This document shows positions 1-8,874 of a stretch of DNA of 64,000 bases, in pieces (the first letter of the stretch is position 1; every line of letters begins with the position of its first letter). This DNA is from Saprospiraceae bacterium (lineage in GTDB: Bacteria > Bacteroidota > Bacteroidia > Chitinophagales > Saprospiraceae), in the NCBI GenBank assembly GCA_024103005.1, contig JAGFJA010000071.1:13001-77000 (forward strand), in the 5' to 3' direction. Position numbers and translations under genes: made by a program. The notes below the pieces were generated by a model, which saw only the letters and a program-made list of their open reading frames with translations, was not told the DNA's origin and searched no databases.

Positions 1-605
1 GAGCCGAATGGATTCAGGTGAGCTCACCCGGTTTTTCCCGTTTTTTTATCAATACCGGTTCGATACCATTACCCGTAAATATCCTTTCATTTGAAGCAAG
101 GAAAATTAGTGATTCGAAAGTATTGCTTTCATGGTTGGCCGATAATGAAGTAAACCTTGATTCATATCTCGCTGAAAGAAGTGCTGACGGACATACATTC
201 AGATTACTGACTTCCGTAAGCCCATCAAATCTGTCATCGTATAGCTTTACAGACCTAAACCCTGAACCCGGAACCAATTACTATCGACTCAAAATGCTTG
301 ACAAAGACGGTTCAGTCCAATATAGTCAAATAAGGCAAGTTAAATTCTCAAAAAAACCAACAATAAATCTTTTCCCAAATCCATCATCAGGCACCTGCTA
401 TTTATCCGGATTGGAAATGAACACTGCTCCTTTCCAAATAAATATCTTCAATAGTTTAGGTCAACAAATAAAACAGATAACGACAACGGGTAAAAATGAA
501 AAAACAATAGAAATCAACCTTTCTGAATGTCCACCCGGAATTTACTTCATCAAATTATTAAATGAAAGCTTTCAGAGGACAATATACTTCACTTTAAGTA
601 AATGA
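1..605 (+). CDS. C-terminal fragment of a secreted protein ending in a T9SS (Por) C-terminal sorting domain. The 5' end lies outside the window.
   Basis: The reading frame is open from base 3, with no stop upstream of the GTG at 18. The tail INLFPNPSSGTCYL...PGIYFIKLLNESFQRTIYFTLSK matches the T9SS CTD pattern. Confidence 0.7.
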   Translation, partial: AEWIQVSSPGFSRFFINTGSIPLPVNILSFEARKISDSKVLLSWLADNEVNLDSYLAERSADGHTFRLLTSVSPSNLSSYSFTDLNPEPGTNYYRLKMLDKDGSVQYSQIRQVKFSKKPTINLFPNPSSGTCYLSGLEMNTAPFQINIFNSLGQQIKQITTTGKNEKTIEINLSECPPGIYFIKLLNESFQRTIYFTLSK

Positions 606-628
606 GTTTTTTAATTATAAAGTGTGAA

Positions 629-661
629 GAGGCGGGTTAAAGAATCCGCCTCCTTTTTTTA
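629..661 (+). terminator. Rho-independent terminator between convergent genes
   Basis: The 7-bp stem gaggcgg (629-635) pairs with ccgcctc (646-652) and is followed by a T run at 654-661. Confidence 0.6.
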
Positions 662-672
662 CTTTTTCCGAC

Positions 673-2721
673 TTAAAAATTCACCCCCACCCTAGCAAAA
701 AAATTCCTTCCCTGATTGATAAACTGGTATCCGGCTACCCGATGACCGCCATTGCTGTCACCGCCTGTAATAGTTGTATAGGTGGTATCCAGAATATTCT
801 TGCAACCTACCACAAGCTGTATCCTGTCTTTCCAAAAATATCTGTTGACAGACACATCCATAAAAGCTGCCGAACTGACACTTGAAACACTTACCTCGCC
901 AAATTCTACACTGTATAGAGGCTGTGAACCGGCATATCTGTAATTGAATGAAGTGCCAATCTTTATTTTAGGGATCATATAGTTAACCGTAGCAGAACAG
1001 TCCACTACCCGACCATCATGGGGAATATTGCCTGAATCAACTACCGTATTCCAAAACCCGATACTTCCGGCAAGTGTCCAGTTTAATGCTTTCCATGTTC
1101 CACTCAAATCAAGCTGAGCACCTGATACATCATACTTATCCACATTGCTGTAATTGTACTTTAGGGTCTCATACTGAAACAGCGAAATTTTATCTTTTAT
1201 TTCTGTCCTATATGCATTCAACTTGACATTTATCCATTGACACGGCTCATATTGTGCAGTCAACTGGATATCATTTGATTTCTCGGGACGAAGGTTCGGA
1301 TTGCCTGTAATATTGTGGTTAACATCTATAAACTCTATATAAAGCTCTTTCAGGTCCGGGCTTCTGTATCCTTGTGCAAAGGATGCCCGCAGTGTAACGT
1401 CCTTACCTAAGTCCACTTTAGCCTTGATGCCGGAGGTGTAATTATTTCCATAGACACTCTGATCGACAAACCGCCCTGAATAAGATATATTAAAGCCCTT
1501 AAAAAACGCATACCTTACATCCGCATAATAAGCCCATTCTGAAAGAGTAGCTTCGTCAGAGTCAGGATTTTCGACCTTGATCCTGCCACCCTTACCGGCA
1601 TCGTGGGTATAATTGATTCCTCCGATAATCTCCAGGTGCGGACTTACACGCATTGAAAGGTTCAGCCTGTTGAAAAACGACCGGAACAGGGTTGTATCTG
1701 AAATGGTCTGTGTCTCATCATACTGACCATTTTCAAACTCGAACTTCTTATTATCTACCTGCCTCCCAAAAGTATTGTATGCTGAAGTCATCTCAATATA
1801 CACTTTATCAAATAAGTGTCCGTCATACGTAAATGCTAAATCTTTTCTGATGGTACCAAACCGGTCATCAAAAGCATATGGCTTAAACTGTGGCCTTTTG
1901 ACCGGCCCATAGTCCACCAGGTCTTCTCTGCTGACATCATACTTTACCATCAGTGAATTCTCAGAATCCAGATGATACTTAAGTGTCCCGCCACCACTCA
2001 TTTGTGTCTTTGGGTTCCATGGGTATTTAGAACGTGTATTGACGGTACCATCAGGCAGAGAATATTTTTCTGTTAATCTCAGGCTATCCACAGGATATTT
2101 ATCATACTTGAATAATCTGCCTCTCAGGTCAGCATACCACTTCTTTGTCTGGAAGCCAACATTCAAAAGGTGGTTTTGCGCTCCTATCGACTCCAATTGA
2201 CTACTTCCGCTTAAATTAAACTGCTTTTTCTGACTATTAGATGTTATGATATTAATAACACCACCTGCCGCATTATTACCGTAAATAGTGGACAAGGGAC
2301 CTTCGATTACTTCAATTTGCTTGACATTGTTCAATGGAATCTGAGAAATGTCAATTGCCCCATCGAGCCTGCCGATGACGGGAACTCCATCGATCAGGAT
2401 AGCGACATTGGCTGAAGAGATTCCTCTTAATCTGAGTTGAGTTCCTAAAATTGGATCATAATCGTATCTGACTGTTGGAAGCAACAGGAGAGCTTCTTCG
2501 AGATGCGTTACACCTCGCTTATGCAGGGTTTCAGCCTTTAATATCTCAATCGAATGGAGCGCTTTACGGATATGAGTCGGCTTATATTCGGCAGTATGCA
2601 CGTATTCATCCAGCGTATAATGTTTTTCGATACTGTCTAAAAATTCTTTCGTAGGACCGGATTGCGCAAGGCAGTAAATCGGAAAAATGAAGGAGATCAG
2701 AAGTTGTAATAAAAACTTCAT
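673..2721 (-). CDS. TonB-dependent outer-membrane receptor
   Basis: It has a signal peptide (MKFLLQLLISFIFPIYCLAQ) and plug-domain motifs (LRGISSANVAILIDGVPV, IEVIEGPLSTIYGNNAAGGVINIIT). The C-terminus ends in an aromatic residue (FFARVGVNF), and the 682-aa length fits a beta-barrel receptor. Confidence 0.85.
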   Translation of the reverse strand: MKFLLQLLISFIFPIYCLAQSGPTKEFLDSIEKHYTLDEYVHTAEYKPTHIRKALHSIEILKAETLHKRGVTHLEEALLLLPTVRYDYDPILGTQLRLRGISSANVAILIDGVPVIGRLDGAIDISQIPLNNVKQIEVIEGPLSTIYGNNAAGGVINIITSNSQKKQFNLSGSSQLESIGAQNHLLNVGFQTKKWYADLRGRLFKYDKYPVDSLRLTEKYSLPDGTVNTRSKYPWNPKTQMSGGGTLKYHLDSENSLMVKYDVSREDLVDYGPVKRPQFKPYAFDDRFGTIRKDLAFTYDGHLFDKVYIEMTSAYNTFGRQVDNKKFEFENGQYDETQTISDTTLFRSFFNRLNLSMRVSPHLEIIGGINYTHDAGKGGRIKVENPDSDEATLSEWAYYADVRYAFFKGFNISYSGRFVDQSVYGNNYTSGIKAKVDLGKDVTLRASFAQGYRSPDLKELYIEFIDVNHNITGNPNLRPEKSNDIQLTAQYEPCQWINVKLNAYRTEIKDKISLFQYETLKYNYSNVDKYDVSGAQLDLSGTWKALNWTLAGSIGFWNTVVDSGNIPHDGRVVDCSATVNYMIPKIKIGTSFNYRYAGSQPLYSVEFGEVSVSSVSSAAFMDVSVNRYFWKDRIQLVVGCKNILDTTYTTITGGDSNGGHRVAGYQFINQGRNFFARVGVNF

Positions 2722-2799
2722 TAGTTAAATTCGACTTTGAAGAAGCAAATATAAAAAAAAGGGCAGATACTCAGACCTGCCCCACATTCAAGACAACGA

Positions 2800-4047
2800 T
2801 CAATTTAAAACAACAATTGAATGAGTAGCTCTCCAGTCTCTGCCTTCGACCAATAACTGATAGATACCGGATGTTATCCCTGATGGCAGATAAACGGGTT
2901 GATTTGGTTCAGATTTCTGATTCAAGATAACCTGACCAAGACTATTTATCAATCTGATTTTTACTTCACCCTGAGCAGAAGTATTCAAATAAATTACATC
3001 TACGGCCGGATTGGGGTAGCAGCTTATATCCACTTTAGAATTAATATGATCAGTGCTGCTGGTAGCCAATTTTGTTTTTTCTACCGTCACAGTACCAGTA
3101 CCTGATCCTGAGAAATCAACAAAGACCAGCTTATATGTATCCCCATTTTTTGTCTTCACAAAATTGGCACGATCTTCGTCGATTATCCAACCTGAATTAA
3201 AATCATAAGCCTTCCATTCATGACCAATGGTAGTCGGAGCAAAAGAATAATTGGCTGCATAATCCGACTCTTTTACTGTAGTGACATCTACGCCATCAGC
3301 CACTACAGCCTGTGTACCCGGAGCAAGTAAAAATCCTGTCACCGAGTAATCCAGAAAATGTCCGGGAGTGTCTTCAAGGGGTGTAATGTATCTTGTAAAA
3401 ATCAAATCATAATCACTGCTGATATTTACCATTTTCTTTGATTCAAAAGAATAATGAACCAATGAATTAGGTCCATTGGTAGCTCTGGCAACAGAGTCAA
3501 TGGTTTCGTTCGAATTATCAAGATTGGCATATCTGAAGAAATATTTACCGCTCCTGTAAGCATCGATTTTTATTTTAATAAAGTCACCGTTTCTTTTCTT
3601 AATCACATAAACTTTATTGCCCGTTATCTGGTGGCTCTGGAAATCATACAGTCCCCAGCCATAATCAAAGGAATTATTTGGATCCTTCACATTGTTGAAG
3701 GCACCATCCGTCCAGTTAGCTTCATTATTAAGCAATTGAAGTGAATCATAAAATTGAGTCACATCTGTAATAGCCTGATTCCAGTCATTTGTAGGAGCAA
3801 GAAATAATTTTACCGGACTAGCCGATAAGGAGGCTGCCTCATTTATAAAGATACCGGCATCTATCTGACCGATATTTGAAAATGCTATGTCCCAGGCATC
3901 ATCACTTACCACCTGAACTGCACCCGTCGAAAGGTTATAATAAGCCTGCTGACTGTACTGAGCCCCAGTGGAGACCTCATCATAAGTTTGTGCAAAAATA
4001 TTCAGAGAAAAAAACGTCACCAAAAACAGCGTTAAAACTTTTTTCAT
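2800..4047 (-). CDS. HmuY-family-like binding protein carrying a T9SS C-terminal sorting domain, with the TonB-dependent receptor as its operon partner
   Basis: It has a signal peptide (MKKVLTLFLVTFFSLNIFAQ) and an AWDIAF motif resembling the HmuY WD(M/I)A(L/F) core. The C-terminal CTD is CYPNPAVDVIYLN...GIYQLLVEG. The gene lies directly upstream of the receptor on the same strand. Confidence 0.55.
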   Translation of the reverse strand: MKKVLTLFLVTFFSLNIFAQTYDEVSTGAQYSQQAYYNLSTGAVQVVSDDAWDIAFSNIGQIDAGIFINEAASLSASPVKLFLAPTNDWNQAITDVTQFYDSLQLLNNEANWTDGAFNNVKDPNNSFDYGWGLYDFQSHQITGNKVYVIKKRNGDFIKIKIDAYRSGKYFFRYANLDNSNETIDSVARATNGPNSLVHYSFESKKMVNISSDYDLIFTRYITPLEDTPGHFLDYSVTGFLLAPGTQAVVADGVDVTTVKESDYAANYSFAPTTIGHEWKAYDFNSGWIIDEDRANFVKTKNGDTYKLVFVDFSGSGTGTVTVEKTKLATSSTDHINSKVDISCYPNPAVDVIYLNTSAQGEVKIRLINSLGQVILNQKSEPNQPVYLPSGITSGIYQLLVEGRDWRATHSIVVLN

Positions 4048-4097
4048 AAAACTTTATTAATATACTAAAACTATATACTTCTCATTTTTTAACCTTG

Positions 4098-4130
4098 CAA
4101 AAATAATATTTTATTTAGATTTATTACAAA
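4098..4130 (-). promoter_or_regulatory. Bacteroidota sigma-A type promoter for the hmuY-like/TonB receptor operon
   Basis: On the minus strand, TTTG (4130-4127) is followed by a 21-nt spacer and then TAttTTTG (4105-4098). The site is about 50 nt upstream of the ATG at 4047. Confidence 0.55.
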
Positions 4131-4299
4131 TAAGTTATTAATTATAAATATTTACTACTTTCTTATCTATTGCCTACTATACAATGCTCCAGCCTGATTT
4201 GGCAGGTACTTCCCGACTCTATAAGATTCAATACTTTTAACCGCATTCTTGCATTGCTTAATTAATTCGATATAATGAGCTATTGGTTAAAAGTCGTTA

Positions 4300-4344
4300 C
4301 AAACAAAAAGGAGAAAGAATCCATCTACCTCGACTCCTTCTCCT
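4300..4344 (-). terminator. Candidate intrinsic terminator of the 464-aa gene
   Basis: On the minus strand the stem aggagaa (4344-4338) pairs with ttctcct (4315-4309) and is followed by tttttgttt. The 22-nt loop is long. Confidence 0.4.
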
Positions 4345-4408
4345 TTAATAATAATTTCGGCACATTAATCAAAACGGATTATGTCCGGCTTAATACGGCA
4401 ATATATTT

Positions 4409-5803
4409 CTATCCCGCTGTCTTAGCCTTTCTCTTGGTTTTAAACATCTCCACCGCGTCTTTTTCCTTCATAAAGCCGACTTCAGTGAATGTGTGCTGAA
4501 CAAATTTTTTGATATCTTGATAGTCTCTTCCCCGCTTATCGGTATAATGTTTCAGTAATCTTCTGATATATGCCAGGCTGGAATATTCCAGCTGCTGATT
4601 GAAATGCTCATTGCCAAACATGTCCATATAAACAGTAAAGGTTTTAAACAGCTCAAAATAATCCGGATAATCTGTATTTCCGGCATTGTCTATCCACTGC
4701 TTGAAATATCTCAGTACTGCCTGCCGTACTGCCTCCGCTTGACTGGACAGTCCCTTATAACGGGAAAGATAATCCTTAATTGTCTCAATGACATCAGCAT
4801 GAATAAAGCCCTTGCTATGCAGTTCGTTGACCAGTTGGTAATAGGACAAGATATCATCTTTAATCTTATCATCCAGATACTCCATCACACGCTTATCGCT
4901 GTCGGAACCCAGAATTGTCTTGTTTTCATACATTTCGATCAAAAATGCAAAATACTCATCAGACGCATCCGGGCTGTCTTTTCGGAATTTATTGAAGAGA
5001 TTCTTTACGGTTGTCCTGTCTTCACCCTCCAGGTTAAAAAAGTTGAGTAGGATGAAAAGTATCTGGTGTTGTTCTTCCGCATCGGCAAAAATAGGATTGA
5101 CCAATACCTTAGTGATTTCCGGCTTGATGTTGCTGTTATCAAGGCGAAGTCTCTGACGCTGGAAGAGAAAATGCTTCAGCGAAGGGTAGTACAACTTCAG
5201 CTCGCCCATAGTTGTGGGTATCTTGGCAGTAAAATAATTGTACGCGTTGAATTGATTGCGGTATCTGACATACGCCGACTTTCTGACTTTCGGATCGTAA
5301 TATTTTTCAAGCTTCTGGGCAGCCAGCCATTGATGCACCCTTTTATTTTCTATTTCTGCCAACAAATTGGTAATCCAGATATCGCTGCTTAATAAAAATC
5401 CTATCTGAACAGTCTGCCCTATGCGATTTTTAATAAACTCGAAATTGGGAGACTTTGCGATGGCAAGTAATAGATCTTTAAAGTGATCCTGAGGAGTCAG
5501 GTATTTGTAATTGGCATCGTGATAACCACGCAAAACGCTAAAACCCAGCAATCTGGGCAGCAAAAGTCCTTCCAGATCAGTATCCAGGAAATATCTTTCG
5601 AATTCTTCCAGTTTCAATGGATAATGATTGGCCACTTCCATATGGATATTCATCATTCGTTCTTCAAACTCTTCACACAGTTCCTTATAACTTTCTTCTT
5701 CTTCGTCATCTTGAAAGGCAGCCAATGCCTCTGATGCCTGAATCTCCGATGCTATTGCCTTCAGCTCATCAATCTGGGGTTGAATACCAACAACTTTCTC
5801 CAT
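4409..5803 (-). CDS. Hypothetical cytoplasmic protein, predicted all-alpha with an acidic N-terminal stretch
   Basis: It is a long uninterrupted ORF with coding-like composition, while the antisense ORFs across it are short and low-complexity. I recognise no family motif. Confidence 0.6.
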   Translation of the reverse strand: MEKVVGIQPQIDELKAIASEIQASEALAAFQDDEEEESYKELCEEFEERMMNIHMEVANHYPLKLEEFERYFLDTDLEGLLLPRLLGFSVLRGYHDANYKYLTPQDHFKDLLLAIAKSPNFEFIKNRIGQTVQIGFLLSSDIWITNLLAEIENKRVHQWLAAQKLEKYYDPKVRKSAYVRYRNQFNAYNYFTAKIPTTMGELKLYYPSLKHFLFQRQRLRLDNSNIKPEITKVLVNPIFADAEEQHQILFILLNFFNLEGEDRTTVKNLFNKFRKDSPDASDEYFAFLIEMYENKTILGSDSDKRVMEYLDDKIKDDILSYYQLVNELHSKGFIHADVIETIKDYLSRYKGLSSQAEAVRQAVLRYFKQWIDNAGNTDYPDYFELFKTFTVYMDMFGNEHFNQQLEYSSLAYIRRLLKHYTDKRGRDYQDIKKFVQHTFTEVGFMKEKDAVEMFKTKRKAKTAG

Positions 5804-5944
5804 TATTTTAAATTATTAAACTATTAAAAAATAGGAACCTGGTAGAATTTTAAGGCCCTACCAGGTTCATTTCAACACAGAAAAATAGTCAAGCACAAAC
5901 TTAAACTATTTTTGTGAATATTCCTATCTTAATATATTAAAATA

Positions 5945-6577
5945 TTAAGCTTTTTCTTCCTCATCGGCAGGAGCTTCAGGAGTCTCCTCGGCAGATGCTT
6001 CAGCAGCAGGAGTTTCTTCGGCTGCAGGAGTCTCATCTGCTACAGTGACCACTTCTTCTGCAACCGGAGTTTCTTCTACTGCAGGAGATTCTTCTACTAC
6101 AGGAGTTTCTTCTGTAGCAGCAGTTTCTTCTACTACCGGTGCTTCTTCTACCGGAGCAGGCTTAACCTTAGCTTCACCGTGAATAGCCTTATGTTTTGTT
6201 GCTTTTTCCTCCTTGTGTGCACTTGCTCTTTCGGAGATTCTGTTTTCTTTTGCAGCTACCCATTCATTCCATCTCTTGTCTGCTTCTTCCTGTGAGAATG
6301 CACCCTTAGCCACACCTCTGTTGAAGTGTTTTTTAATCAATACACCTTTAAATCTAAGGATGGCTCTCGCAGTATCTGTAGGTTGTGCACCTTTTTCAAG
6401 CCAATTGTAAGCTGCTTCACGATCTATCTCGATAGTAGCCGGCTTGGTCATAGGGTTATAAGATCCTAATCTTTCAATGTACTTACCATCTCGCGGTGAG
6501 CGGGAATCTGCCACTACTAAATGATAAAAAGGAGCTTTTCTTCTTCCTTTTCTTTGCAATCTGATTTTAACTGCCAT
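5945..6577 (-). CDS. rpsP: 30S ribosomal protein S16 with a long acidic Pro/Glu/Thr/Ala-rich C-terminal extension
   Basis: The N-terminus MAVKIRLQRKGRRKAPFYHLVVADSRSPRDGKYIERLGSYNP is canonical S16. About 120 extra residues contain repeats of the VEETP/AAEETP type. Confidence 0.9.
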   Translation of the reverse strand: MAVKIRLQRKGRRKAPFYHLVVADSRSPRDGKYIERLGSYNPMTKPATIEIDREAAYNWLEKGAQPTDTARAILRFKGVLIKKHFNRGVAKGAFSQEEADKRWNEWVAAKENRISERASAHKEEKATKHKAIHGEAKVKPAPVEEAPVVEETAATEETPVVEESPAVEETPVAEEVVTVADETPAAEETPAAEASAEETPEAPADEEEKA

Positions 6578-6767
6578 TTTAAGTTAAATTTTTAATTTTA
6601 ATTATATGAATATCAACCCTGTATCCTTTGTAAACAAACAACAGGGATTTAACGAGGCGCAAAGATACAATAATCTTTGCTTTTTCAATAAAATTTTATA
6701 TTTTTTCTACTATTTCCTTGAAAATGAATAGGTATCATTGCCATACAAGCTCTGGTTCAGGGCTATT

Positions 6768-7325
6768 TCAGACCTTTTTCAACAGGCAATCTACCTTGAT
6801 TTCGACCTCTTTAGCTATCTGATCTTTTACCACGGATGGTATCTTTATTTTATAATCAGCCAGCGCCACCCGGAAAACACTACTTACCTTGACATTCCTG
6901 TCAATTGTCTGTATTGTACCTGTTGCAGTCACATTCTGACTGACTCCATGCATGGTCAGCTTACCGGTCACATTGACTTTGTAAGTGCCGTTTCTGCTAT
7001 AATTGATTACATCAGTATTGGTTATTTTTCCTCTAAAGGTAGCCTTCGGATAGATAGTCGATTCCAGATAGCTCTCATTGAAGTGCTCCTGCATCAATGC
7101 CTTTTCAAATTGAAAGGACTTAATCAATACTATAAATTCAATCTTTCCCGTAGAAGCATCCAGAGCCGAGCTCACCTTATTATTCTTTGCTTCTATCTGT
7201 TCCATCGACGCATCTGATACAAACTTCACCACTCCGTTCCTTGTGAAATATTTCCCCTGTCCATGTCCGGCGGAAGCGACTGTAAACATTCCAACAAGAC
7301 AAATCAGATACTTTAACCCGGCCAT
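6768..7325 (-). CDS. YceI-like periplasmic protein
   Basis: It has a signal peptide and the YceI-like pattern (VKFVSDASMEQIEAKN...YPKATFRGKI...TMHGVSQNVTATGTI). Confidence 0.75.
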   Translation of the reverse strand: MAGLKYLICLVGMFTVASAGHGQGKYFTRNGVVKFVSDASMEQIEAKNNKVSSALDASTGKIEFIVLIKSFQFEKALMQEHFNESYLESTIYPKATFRGKITNTDVINYSRNGTYKVNVTGKLTMHGVSQNVTATGTIQTIDRNVKVSSVFRVALADYKIKIPSVVKDQIAKEVEIKVDCLLKKV

Positions 7326-7346
7326 ATCTTTTATTTTATTTTATTC

Positions 7347-7376
7347 ATGCTAAGTACTTTCATTTTACTTAGCATT
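7347..7376. repeat. Perfect 10-bp palindrome in the yceI upstream/leader region
   Basis: The arms are atgctaagta (7347-7356) and tacttagcat (7367-7376) with a 10-nt loop. The element lies 22 nt upstream of the yceI start codon. Confidence 0.6.
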
Positions 7377-7605
7377 CTAAATGAATTTTATTTCAAATAG
7401 TTCAAGCCGGGCAATTTTAAATTAGTGTAAAAAGGATAACAAACTGAAGCTTCCTCCTCCGGCCAGGTATTAAATTACTTGCAGTGGAAGTCTGAAGAAT
7501 TATTAAAAACATAAATTCCACTGATCGTTTTTAACCATCAGACCAAAAACAGCAAATAAATTAATTCGGATTGTGTTAAAGAAAATTTGAAATTTTGAAG
7601 TCGAA

Positions 7606-8019
7606 TTATTCCATTATATGGCATCGGTCAATGACTACATCAGTGGTAAATCCCGAACAAAGCCCTTTGATGCGTATTTTCTGTCCTGATTGCACTGGCT
7701 TTTCTTTTTCTTTCTGGATAGGATCCAACTGACACATGACAGTACTCATCGGATTATCAGATTCCAGAAGAATAATTGTTGACCCATCCTGTGCGGAATC
7801 AACAGTACCGACGACTCCATTGATTTCTATAAGTTTTCCGACATATTTGGCATTTGCTCCTTGCTCATCTGTCTCAAAGGCTTTTATCAGTTCCTGTGCC
7901 TGAACAACCAATTCAGGTTCAGCGTCGGCGACATCCCTGTGACCCTTATTGATGTACATATATATACCACCGGCAGCCAATACTCCAACAGCCAATATAG
8001 CCAACAAAACCTTCTTCAT
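7606..8019 (-). CDS. Small membrane-anchored OB-fold (tRNA_anti-like) protein
   Basis: It has an N-terminal TM helix (LLAILAVGVLAAGGIYMYI) followed by the KAFETDEQGANAKYVGKLIEINGVV pattern typical of this Bacteroidota family. Confidence 0.55.
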   Translation of the reverse strand: MKKVLLAILAVGVLAAGGIYMYINKGHRDVADAEPELVVQAQELIKAFETDEQGANAKYVGKLIEINGVVGTVDSAQDGSTIILLESDNPMSTVMCQLDPIQKEKEKPVQSGQKIRIKGLCSGFTTDVVIDRCHIME

Positions 8020-8073
8020 TCTCTTTCCTTTATTTTAAAAACCGGGTGAACTATCTCCGTAAGCTAATATTTA

Positions 8074-8820
8074 TCAATCTTTGCAAAGAGAGGCCTTAAT
8101 GTAATCCCTGTTCATCCGTGCTATATTTTCTATAGAAATTTCTTTCGGGCACTCATATTCACAGGCTCCTGTGTTGGAGCATCCACCGAATCCTTCCTTA
8201 TCCATCTGGTGTACCATATCCAGGGTACGACGATATCTTTCAGGCTGTCCCTGTGGCAATTGATTAAGCTGACTTATCTTGGCTGAAGTAAATAGTGCGG
8301 CACTACTGTTAGGACAGGCTGCTACACAAGCTCCGCAACCAATGCACGCAGCAGCTTCAAAGGAACTGTCTGCAATATCCTTACCGATAGGTATGCTATT
8401 GGCATCCTGAGCATTACCCGTATTTACGGAAATAAATCCTCCCGCAGCTATAATGCGGTCAAATGCACTTCTGTCCACAACAAGGTCTTTAACTACCGGA
8501 AAAGAAGATGCTCTCCATGGTTCGACGACAATGGACTCACCGTCGTGGAATGACCTCATATGCAGTTGGCACGTGGTAACACCTCTGTTTGGGCCATGTG
8601 GCCTTCCGTTGATATACATGCTGCACATTCCGCAGATACCTTCCCGACAATCGTGATCAAAGGCAATGGGATCACCGCCTTCATTGATTAGGCGCTCATT
8701 TAAAACGTCAAACATCTCAAGGAAAGACATGTCGGGGGATATATCATCGACATCATAGGTCTGGAATCCTCCTTCAGACTGGCTATTCTGTTGCCTCCAG
8801 ACTTTCAGCTTCAATTTCAT
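8074..8820 (-). CDS. sdhB: Succinate dehydrogenase/fumarate reductase iron-sulfur subunit
   Basis: Cys clusters are present ([35 protein letters not shown]), and the gene lies downstream of the flavoprotein subunit. Confidence 0.9.
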   Translation of the reverse strand: MKLKLKVWRQQNSQSEGGFQTYDVDDISPDMSFLEMFDVLNERLINEGGDPIAFDHDCREGICGMCSMYINGRPHGPNRGVTTCQLHMRSFHDGESIVVEPWRASSFPVVKDLVVDRSAFDRIIAAGGFISVNTGNAQDANSIPIGKDIADSSFEAAACIGCGACVAACPNSSAALFTSAKISQLNQLPQGQPERYRRTLDMVHQMDKEGFGGCSNTGACEYECPKEISIENIARMNRDYIKASLCKD

Positions 8821-8874
8821 ATCTTACAGTTATTTTAAATGGTGGCAAACTGAGGTCCACCTGTTGGTTTTATA

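Noticed and set aside
4150-4260. Possible cobalamin riboswitch upstream of the HmuY-like/TonB receptor operon (minus strand reads gggaagtacctgccaaatcaggctgg)
   Set aside because: Only a short resemblance to the GGGAA...AAATCC core is present. No B12 box and no other conserved stems are visible, and the consensus promoter at 4098-4130 lies downstream of it, so it would not be in the transcript.
4604-5811. Cluster of plus-strand ORFs (148, 78, 108, 83, 64 aa)
   Set aside because: They are fragmented, in different frames, and all antisense to one continuous 464-aa minus-strand ORF.
6738-7217. ORF of 159 aa on the plus strand
   Set aside because: It is antisense to the YceI-like gene, which has a signal peptide and family pattern. 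The plus-strand product has neither.
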